Source of the DNA: Candidatus Woesearchaeota archaeon
GTDB taxonomy: Archaea; Nanobdellota; Nanobdellia; Woesearchaeales; SKGA01
Reading direction: 5' to 3'
Assembly: GCA_050187915.1 (NCBI GenBank)
Contig: JBFXLI010000001.1
Span: forward strand, 35,920-99,919
Length of the DNA stretch: 64,000 nt
How positions within the stretch are numbered: position 1 is the stretch's first letter; every line of letters begins with the position of its first letter. The notes under the pieces were generated by a model that was given only the letters and a program-made list of their open reading frames with translations, made no database searches and was not told the origin of the DNA. Positions 57,117-64,000 of the stretch are shown one piece after another. The translations under genes were made by a program, and so were the position numbers.

Positions 57117-58229
57117 ATGGAAATATTCATAGCAACCAAATATCCTGAAACTTGTGCTTTAGAAGTCAAAGAATTAATTAAAAAACCATCAAAAATTTAT
57201 GAAAATGTGTGTTTTGTGAAAGACGTTAGTAAACAAGAAATTACAAAATTATGTTATCATTTACAAAGTTCTGAAAGAATTTGTGTTTCTTTGATTGATT
57301 TTGAAATACAAGAATTAAAAAAACAATTAGAAAAAATAGATTCTATTGAAAAATCTTATTTAAAAAATATTAATTCGTTTGAAGTTAGAAGTGAAAGAGC
57401 AGAAAATATTGATATAACATCTAATGAACTTAACAAAATTATTGGTGACAAAATAAATAATATAACTAAATTAAAAGTTAACTTAACTAATCCTGATATG
57501 ACTTTTTATGTAGTGGCAACAAATCATTTTTTTGTGGGTATTGATGTTGTTGGTTTTGATATGAGTAAACGTCCTTATAAAATAACTAATCAAACAGATT
57601 CATTGAATGGTGCTTTTGCTTATCATTTATTAAGAGTTTGTAATATTAAAAAAACTTCATCTATTGTGGATGCATTTGCTGGTACTGGAACTATTCCTAT
57701 TGAAGCTGCGTTATTTCAAAGTCAAATTTCAACATTTAAATTTGAAAATAAATTTAATGGATTTAAGTTGGATTTTATAAAAAATGAATTTTTAACGCAA
57801 GAAGAAATTGAAAAAAAATTTAAATTTGAAAAACAATTAGATATTTATGCTTATGATGGTTTAATTAAACATCTTCTTGGAATACAAAAAAATTCTAAAC
57901 TTGCAGGTATTGATAAAAACATAAATAGTTCTAAACTTACTATTGATTGGTTGGAAACAAAATTAGATGAAAATTCAATAGATTTTATTATAACAGATCC
58001 TCCAAAATTTAATAAAAAATTAGATAATTTAAAGGAAATAGAAAAATTAATGGATGAATTATTTTATCAAGCTAAATTTGTTTTAAAAAATAAGGGTATT
58101 TTAGCTATACTAACTAATAGAACTGAAGAAATAATTTTACAAGCAAAAAAACATAAATTTAAAAATAAAAATATTTTAGAATTAAAAAGAGGAGAACAAA
58201 TTTATTATTTTATGATATTTGAAAAATGA
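57117..58229 (+). CDS. THUMP-domain class I SAM methyltransferase (Trm14/TrmN-like tRNA m2G methyltransferase).
   Basis: N-terminal THUMP-like region, VDAFAGTGTIPIEAAL (motif I), and ITDPPKF (the DPP[YF] motif IV of N-methyltransferases). 370 aa. Confidence 0.6.
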   Translation: MEIFIATKYPETCALEVKELIKKPSKIYENVCFVKDVSKQEITKLCYHLQSSERICVSLIDFEIQELKKQLEKIDSIEKSYLKNINSFEVRSERAENIDITSNELNKIIGDKINNITKLKVNLTNPDMTFYVVATNHFFVGIDVVGFDMSKRPYKITNQTDSLNGAFAYHLLRVCNIKKTSSIVDAFAGTGTIPIEAALFQSQISTFKFENKFNGFKLDFIKNEFLTQEEIEKKFKFEKQLDIYAYDGLIKHLLGIQKNSKLAGIDKNINSSKLTIDWLETKLDENSIDFIITDPPKFNKKLDNLKEIEKLMDELFYQAKFVLKNKGILAILTNRTEEIILQAKKHKFKNKNILELKRGEQIYYFMIFEK

Positions 58230-58238
58230 GGTTTTAAA

Positions 58239-58697
58239 ATGGCTAGCTGTGATATGTGTGGAAAAGATGACAGATTAATTAAAGTTAAATTAGAAGGAAC
58301 AATAATGAATGTATGTACTTCATGTTCAAAATATGGAGAAAAAATAAATGAAACTAATTTTAAATCAAAATCTTATTTTAAAAAAATGGAATCTGAAATA
58401 GAAGAAGTTTTAGTATCAAATTATTCAACACTCATTAAAAATTCACGAGAAAAACTTAACTTAAAACAAGAAGATGTTGCAAAAAAAATAAATGAAAAAG
58501 AATCTTTAATACATCAAATTGAATCTGGAAGTATAACACCTAGATTAGTAACTATAAAAAAACTTGAAAAGTTCTTTAATATAAAATTAATTGAAAAAAT
58601 AGAAAATAAAGCTTATGAACACAATAAAGAAAATTCTAATTCTGAACTTACCATAGGTGATTTATTAGAAAAAGCGATGAAAAAAAATAAAAAATAA
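58239..58697 (+). CDS. mbf1: Archaeal multiprotein-bridging factor 1 (aMBF1): zinc ribbon plus HTH-XRE.
   Basis: CDMCGK...CTSCSKYG (C4 zinc ribbon). LIKNSREKLNLKQEDVAKKINEKESLIHQIESG (Cro/C1-type HTH). Confidence 0.75.
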   Translation: MASCDMCGKDDRLIKVKLEGTIMNVCTSCSKYGEKINETNFKSKSYFKKMESEIEEVLVSNYSTLIKNSREKLNLKQEDVAKKINEKESLIHQIESGSITPRLVTIKKLEKFFNIKLIEKIENKAYEHNKENSNSELTIGDLLEKAMKKNKK

Positions 58698-58698
58698 T

Positions 58699-59367
58699 TT
58701 ATTCAGTTTTATTTTGATTTTCTATGAATTTTTTTAGTGTTAATGCATCTAAATATCCTTCATAATATTCTTCATTTATAACTAATGAAGGTGTATAATC
58801 TTGTACACCATATACTTTTTTCAATGCATCTAGTGCAGATAATTCTAAATCTACATCAAAAGAATATATCTTTATATGAGGATAATTTCTTTTCATATAA
58901 GATAATACTGTTCCTTGTTTTGAACAATCTACACATTCTTTACTATTTGAATAAAAATATAATATTACTGAATTATCTATATTAGGTTCTAAATTACATT
59001 GTTCAATTTGTTTGTTCGCCAATAACCAATGTTTCATTTCTAATGTGAAATAATATTTTTTTAATCTAATTACTCTTTCATCATTAAATCCTAAATTATT
59101 TTCCATATAATCTAACTTTACAGCTAAATCATTTAATCTTTCTGAAATTACTGAAAAATCATCACTTTCACAAATTGAACTTTCAATTAATTCAAATTCA
59201 ATTTCTGTTCCTAATGTTTCTAATCTTAAATCATCATATAATTCATTTAAATTTTCTATTTTTGCTTGATCTCCTATTTTTCCAATATAAATTCCGGAAA
59301 AGAATATCAATAGTGTAAAAAATAAAACCAACAATGATTTTTGTATTGAAAATTTTTTTCTATGCAT
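58699..59367 (-). CDS. Membrane-anchored thioredoxin-fold protein with a CxxC motif.
   Basis: N-terminal TM anchor. SNSKECVDCSKQG (CVDC) in a thioredoxin-like C-terminal half. Confidence 0.45.
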   Translation of the reverse strand: MHRKKFSIQKSLLVLFFTLLIFFSGIYIGKIGDQAKIENLNELYDDLRLETLGTEIEFELIESSICESDDFSVISERLNDLAVKLDYMENNLGFNDERVIRLKKYYFTLEMKHWLLANKQIEQCNLEPNIDNSVILYFYSNSKECVDCSKQGTVLSYMKRNYPHIKIYSFDVDLELSALDALKKVYGVQDYTPSLVINEEYYEGYLDALTLKKFIENQNKTE

Positions 59368-59388
59368 ATTATCACCTTACGTTTTTAT

Positions 59389-60645
59389 TTATAATTTATT
59401 TGATTTGTGTCCCCACTTTACTTCTTTCTTATTAGCTAATCTTAATATTGATAAAATCCACCAAAAACCAAATAAAAACCAATAAACTATCATGTAAAAT
59501 ATATATGATAAAGCTATTGATTTTTTTTCACCTGAAACTTTTTTTGATAAATATAATATTAATAAACCAATCAATAATGATATTATGGATATTGCTGCTA
59601 TTGAATTTGTATTTAAAAAAAATACATCTAAATGAAACCAATCTAAATTAAATATATCAAAATTTATTGAAGATAAATCTTTGTAATATTTTAATAAGTC
59701 TAATAATTTTTTAATCAAAACATAAAACAAAGAAACTATAACAAATAAAACTGAGATAAATGATGAAGGTAAAATAAATAAACCTAAATTTCCATGTTTA
59801 TGTGAAAATAAATCTTTATAATCATATACATTTTTTATAAAACCTGAATACCATCTTACTCTTTGTTTTAATAAACTATTAAATGAATCTAATCCCATTG
59901 TATATATATATGCATCAACTGAATTTTCAATTATTAAGTTTTTTTGTTGTATTCTTAAAGCCATTTCTATATCTTCTGTATGGTGTGCTTTTCTATAATA
60001 ACCAGTTGATTTAACAAACTCAGTTCTATATATGCTGAATGGTCCTGGTGTAACATGAATACTTCCAAGTTCTGCAAATACTTTTCTTAAAAATATTCCC
60101 ATCATAAACTCGATTTCTTGTATTCTTTGAAGAAATGTTTTAGGTTTATAGACTTTCATAGAAGGCGTTACGGATGCTACTTTTTTTGAATAGAAAAAAG
60201 GAATTATTCTTCTTAAAGCGTATTTATCTACAAAGCTATCTGCATCTAAAGCTCCAAAATATTCTGAATTTATTCTTTCTAAAGCATAATTTAAAGCAGT
60301 ATACTTTCCACCATTTTCTTTTCTATAAATTTTGATATTTCTATTATTTAAAGTTTCAATAAACTTTTTAGTTATTTCATATGTATTATCTGTACTTCCA
60401 TCATCAACTACAACTATTTCTAATTTATCTTTATCATAATCAAGATTTAATAATGATTTTAATGTTTTTATTACTGTATCTTTTTCGTTAAAACAAGGCA
60501 CTATTATAGATACAGTTGGATAGGTATTTGTTAGTCCTCTTTTTAGATTATTTCTAGATTCAAACATTATTAAAAGAAAATATACAGAAGTATAAATTCC
60601 AAAAAAAGTCAGCACATATATTAACATGTCTCCAAAAGCAACCAT
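59389..60645 (-). CDS. Processive-type family 2 glycosyltransferase (QxxRW motif), membrane-integrated.
   Basis: SIIVPCFNE...VVVDDGSTD, DADS, and QRVRWYSG (Q(Q/R)xRW). N- and C-terminal TM helices. Confidence 0.7.
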   Translation of the reverse strand: MVAFGDMLIYVLTFFGIYTSVYFLLIMFESRNNLKRGLTNTYPTVSIIVPCFNEKDTVIKTLKSLLNLDYDKDKLEIVVVDDGSTDNTYEITKKFIETLNNRNIKIYRKENGGKYTALNYALERINSEYFGALDADSFVDKYALRRIIPFFYSKKVASVTPSMKVYKPKTFLQRIQEIEFMMGIFLRKVFAELGSIHVTPGPFSIYRTEFVKSTGYYRKAHHTEDIEMALRIQQKNLIIENSVDAYIYTMGLDSFNSLLKQRVRWYSGFIKNVYDYKDLFSHKHGNLGLFILPSSFISVLFVIVSLFYVLIKKLLDLLKYYKDLSSINFDIFNLDWFHLDVFFLNTNSIAAISIISLLIGLLILYLSKKVSGEKKSIALSYIFYMIVYWFLFGFWWILSILRLANKKEVKWGHKSNKL

Positions 60646-60741
60646 TTTAACCTAAAAAAGCATTTTTCTATTTATTAATAAAACTATCTACCCTTAATAA
60701 AAATTATGAAATTCATTTATAAATGAAGCATATACTAAAAC

Positions 60742-62148
60742 TTATTTAATAGAATAAATGAAAACTTGTTGATTACAATCATCTTTGAATGTTTTTTCTA
60801 AGTAAATTGCATCATAATCATCCAATATTTTTTGATTTATCTCTAAACCACCATTTTGTACATAAATAAATGAAGATGTATTATATTTTTCAATAAACAT
60901 TGTTAAATTATCGTTCCAAAAACTGAATACTTTATGATTACCATAATACCCATACCATGGCCAAGAATTAGAAACAATTGTTTTGTCTTCAGGAATATTT
61001 TTCATGGCATAATCTATTGAATTATAAAATGCCCCATCTTTTTCACAATTTATTTGTTCGTTCATACTATAAATTTTATCGTTTGCAATTAAAAGTGAAT
61101 TAAATATAATTAAAGTCACTAAAATAATTTTTATAAATTTGAAATTTATTTTTGAAAACAAATATTTTAATCCAATTACTAGCGCTAAAAATAAAAATGG
61201 AGATATCATTAAAACATATCTTGTTAGTTTCAATCTTATGTAAAATAAATGGAAACATAGTGTTAAAACTATTAAAATTAATAAGAAATAATCTTTAAAT
61301 TCTTTCTTTTGATTTTTATCTAAAAAATAAAGTAAATAAAACAAAATTAATAACAATGACAATCCTAATTCTAAATAAATATCTTTTAGAAATAAAAGTG
61401 GAGATTGCCATGTGGTATATTCAGCAATTACTGAACTTTGAGTCATTAAATCCCATAAAGGATTTTTATATTTTAGATAATTATATAACATCCAAGGAGT
61501 TAAAATCAATAAATTACCTAATGCATAAAAAATCATACTTTTAAAATAAAATAAATTTTTATTTTTCAAGAATTGCTTTATTAACATGATTCCTAAATAT
61601 GAAATTATTATAAATGAAAACAATACAGCTGAAAATCTCATTAAAAAAGATAAAGATGTAAAAATTCCTGATAAAAATAGTTGATATTCTTTTCTTTCTT
61701 TCAAGAATTTTAAAAAGAACAATATTGCTAATAACATAAAACAAAGGGAAGGAATATCTGTGTATACTCTATAACTCCAAAATAACAATGTTGATGAAAA
61801 TGCAAATAAGAATGTGGATAAAAAAACATATATGTCTTCTTTGAAGAATTGTTTTGAAATTAAATAAAATACATAAATAGTTAATAATGAAAATAATATC
61901 ATTAAAATTTGAGCTGATATGATTGATTCTCCAAATAATAACCAAATAAATGCAATAAAATATTCTAACAATGGAAATCTAAAATCTTCAGTAAAATTAG
62001 ATGTTGTTATATGACTTCTTGCGTTTCCTAAATAAACAGGTTCATCCCATAAAAGTAGACTTCCTGAAAAAATAAATTGTAAATAAAATGTTGTGATTAA
62101 AAATAATAAAATAAAAATCCAATATTTCTTTAAAAAATTATTTTTCAT
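60742..62148 (-). CDS. GT-C fold polytopic membrane glycosyltransferase (ArnT/PMT, GT39/GT83-like), putative.
   Basis: 468 aa with 11 or more TM helices. The first loop contains LWDEPVY, which is DE-like. Sits adjacent to the Dpm1-like GT2. Confidence 0.5.
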   Translation of the reverse strand: MKNNFLKKYWIFILLFLITTFYLQFIFSGSLLLWDEPVYLGNARSHITTSNFTEDFRFPLLEYFIAFIWLLFGESIISAQILMILFSLLTIYVFYLISKQFFKEDIYVFLSTFLFAFSSTLLFWSYRVYTDIPSLCFMLLAILFFLKFLKERKEYQLFLSGIFTSLSFLMRFSAVLFSFIIISYLGIMLIKQFLKNKNLFYFKSMIFYALGNLLILTPWMLYNYLKYKNPLWDLMTQSSVIAEYTTWQSPLLFLKDIYLELGLSLLLILFYLLYFLDKNQKKEFKDYFLLILIVLTLCFHLFYIRLKLTRYVLMISPFLFLALVIGLKYLFSKINFKFIKIILVTLIIFNSLLIANDKIYSMNEQINCEKDGAFYNSIDYAMKNIPEDKTIVSNSWPWYGYYGNHKVFSFWNDNLTMFIEKYNTSSFIYVQNGGLEINQKILDDYDAIYLEKTFKDDCNQQVFIYSIK

Positions 62149-63199
62149 TAAATGTCCACCTATCGTTAATGAAGTAATTTATTGGAAAAGATAAAGCTAT
62201 ACCTATTACTTGAGATATTAATGGGTTTATCATAAATAATCTAGTCAATAAAGAAAATACACTAACTGTAATAATTAAAGCCACTATTGAAGTTATATTA
62301 AATTTAAATAATCTTGAAATAAAAGAATATTTTTTCTTTACATGACTCCAAGTCCAAATGTTATTTAATAAAAAATTTGTTTGAATTGAGACTGCAACAC
62401 CTAAGAAAGATGCTAACTCAGGAAATAAATTAGCTAAAGTTCCTAAATATAATATAAATAAATTAACAAATATTCCAGAAACACCTACGATTGCAAATGG
62501 AATAAAGTGTAAATTTGTTTTTATAGCGTGTTTAAACAACATTAAAAGATAATCTATAATTACTTTAGTACTTAATTTACTTTCACCTGCTTGTCTTGTT
62601 TTGAAATGATAAGCTACTTCTGCTGTTTTAAAATTTTTATTTTGGAATAAAATATCTAATAATATTTTATAACCTCTTCCATCTAATTTAGACTTATATT
62701 TCATAAAAACAGATTTTTTTATTCCAAAAAAACCAGACATGGGATCAGTTATTTGTTTAGATAAAAATGGCCTTGCTAGCATTGCTGCAAATCTACTTAC
62801 AAAAATTCTATATTTTGACCAACCTGCAACAGAACCCCCTTTTCTAAATCTTGTTCCTATTACTAAATCATTAGTTTTTATTTTTTCAAACATTAAATCA
62901 AACTTTGTTTCATCATGTTGTCCATCTGCATCTGTAACAAACACATATTCTCCTTTAGCCTTAATGAAACCATCTATTATTGCTGAAGATAAACCTTTTT
63001 TATTTTTTCTTCTTATACAATAAATTAAATCATTATTTTTAAATGTTTTATCCACTAATTCCCATGTTTTATCTGGAGAATCATCATCAACTACAATTAT
63101 TTCATACTTTTCTTTTGATTTTATTGCTTTTTTAATATTTTTAATAGTAGTTAAAATGGATTCTCTTTCATTATATGTTGGTAATATTATTGAAAACAT
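62138..63199 (-). CDS. Polyprenol-phosphate glycosyltransferase (Dpm1/GtrB-like GT2) fused to a C-terminal GtrA-like TM domain.
   Basis: FSIILPTYNERESI, IIVVDDDSPDKT, and VTDADGQHD. The C-terminal four TM helices are typical of GtrA. Confidence 0.75.
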   Translation of the reverse strand: MFSIILPTYNERESILTTIKNIKKAIKSKEKYEIIVVDDDSPDKTWELVDKTFKNNDLIYCIRRKNKKGLSSAIIDGFIKAKGEYVFVTDADGQHDETKFDLMFEKIKTNDLVIGTRFRKGGSVAGWSKYRIFVSRFAAMLARPFLSKQITDPMSGFFGIKKSVFMKYKSKLDGRGYKILLDILFQNKNFKTAEVAYHFKTRQAGESKLSTKVIIDYLLMLFKHAIKTNLHFIPFAIVGVSGIFVNLFILYLGTLANLFPELASFLGVAVSIQTNFLLNNIWTWSHVKKKYSFISRLFKFNITSIVALIITVSVFSLLTRLFMINPLISQVIGIALSFPINYFINDRWTFNEK

Positions 63200-63232
63200 A
63201 GGATTTTTTTGAAATTTAAAGTATTTAAAACT

Positions 63233-64000
63233 TTAGTTTAAAACTTCAAAGAAATATATTTGAATATTGTTTTTATCATATATTTTTTGAAAATTATTAT
63301 TATATTTTATAACAAATAATAAATCTTCTTGATCGTTGGGCCAAATTTCACCACTTTTCATTTTTTCATCTATTAAAATGTATGAAATTTTATTTTGAAT
63401 CATTAAATCTTTTATTTCAATATATTTTCTAGAATAAAATATTGAATTAGCAATTTTTTGATTATCACTATTTTGATTGTTAAATGGTTTTAAATCTGAA
63501 TAATATTCAATAAAAAAATCATACTTTTGATTTGTTAAAATATAATTTTGGTTTAAACCGTCTTTTATATCTTTTAAGAATGTCAATGCTTCAACTTGAT
63601 TTTGATTTGGATATTTGATTAAATTATCTTGAATTGTTGTTGATATTGAAAAGAATATTATACAACAAATTAAAATTATAGTTAAATATTTTAATATATC
63701 TAAATCCCATTTTTCAAATATAATTTTTTTCAAATATTTAGCTGATAAAAAAACAAAAACTAAAGCAACTATTATTCTTAAATACTCATTAAATAAAGAT
63801 ATTATAAAATATAAAAATATTAATATGCATTGAAATTTATAATCTTTCAAAAAGGAAGAATCATAAAGTCCTAAAAAACCAAATATTAAAATTATCAAAG
63901 AATAACCTGAACTCGAACCAAAGAAAGAAAATAATGATAAGGAATTTATAGTATTAAAAATAGCAATATCTGAAGATAAATTTAATATTAAAATTACAAA
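63233..64000 (-). CDS. Polytopic membrane protein, N-terminus probably outside the window.
   Basis: The track ORF starts at TTG 63898, but the frame stays open to the window edge. Hydrophobic helices throughout. No family recognised. Confidence 0.3.
   Translation of the reverse strand, partial: FVILILNLSSDIAIFNTINSLSLFSFFGSSSGYSLIILIFGFLGLYDSSFLKDYKFQCILIFLYFIISLFNEYLRIIVALVFVFLSAKYLKKIIFEKWDLDILKYLTIILICCIIFFSISTTIQDNLIKYPNQNQVEALTFLKDIKDGLNQNYILTNQKYDFFIEYYSDLKPFNNQNSDNQKIANSIFYSRKYIEIKDLMIQNKISYILIDEKMKSGEIWPNDQEDLLFVIKYNNNFQKIYDKNNIQIYFFEVLN

Overview
The window is an AT-rich (roughly 25-30% GC by eye), gene-dense archaeal chromosomal segment. Most genes are on the minus strand and tightly packed.

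Evidence that it is archaeal: a conserved ribosomal-protein/RNA-polymerase block (S13-S4-S11-RpoD-L18e-L13-S9-RpoN), the RNase P protein Rpp21, Bud32/KEOPS kinase, aMBF1, a Trm14-like THUMP methyltransferase, a textbook C/D box sRNA, a presenilin/SPP homolog, and TATA-like promoters in front of leaderless starts.

Several genes are of the bacterial/eukaryal type: LeuRS, type-I GAPDH, MnmA, and a short Tgt. This mix, plus the low GC and small proteins, is what is seen in small-genome DPANN-type archaea.

Content by region:
- Housekeeping: P-type ATPase, PurN/PurM, Pgk, PpsA, AsnRS, GAPDH, class I aldolase, PfkB kinase, ROK kinase, MscS, MscL, TspO, UvdE, Mre11, PhoH-like ATPase.
- A glycosylation cluster near the 3' end: GT2, GT-C, Dpm1-like GT2-GtrA.
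- One tRNA: His(GUG) at 26743-26817 (-), with G-1 encoded.
- One C/D box sRNA at 57004-57062 (+).

Most notable observations:
1. A 1200-aa bacterial-type LeuRS with two whole extra enzyme domains inserted in and around the CP1 editing domain: a YdeN-like alpha/beta serine hydrolase and a NUDIX hydrolase.
2. A five-gene overlapping minus-strand operon (Gfo/Idh/MocA oxidoreductase, AGAT/StrB1-like amidinotransferase, Tmk-like P-loop kinase, DegT aminotransferase, NUDIX), flanked by paralogous NUDIX genes. This points to an amidino/guanidino amino-sugar or aminocyclitol pathway.
3. A translationally coupled pair: a large wHTH protein plus a ThyA-fold protein that has Ser-Leu where the catalytic Pro-Cys-His should be.
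4. A single-gene insertion at the 3' end of tgt bounded by perfect 54-bp direct repeats.
5. Two GC-rich anomalies: a 330-bp non-coding island after LeuRS with an SRP-RNA-helix-8-like motif on the minus strand, and a 69-bp in-frame insert in Mre11.

The supplied ORF track extends to the furthest alternative start codon (ATG/GTG/TTG), so it often over-extends N-termini. I adjusted starts where an ATG with context was evident.
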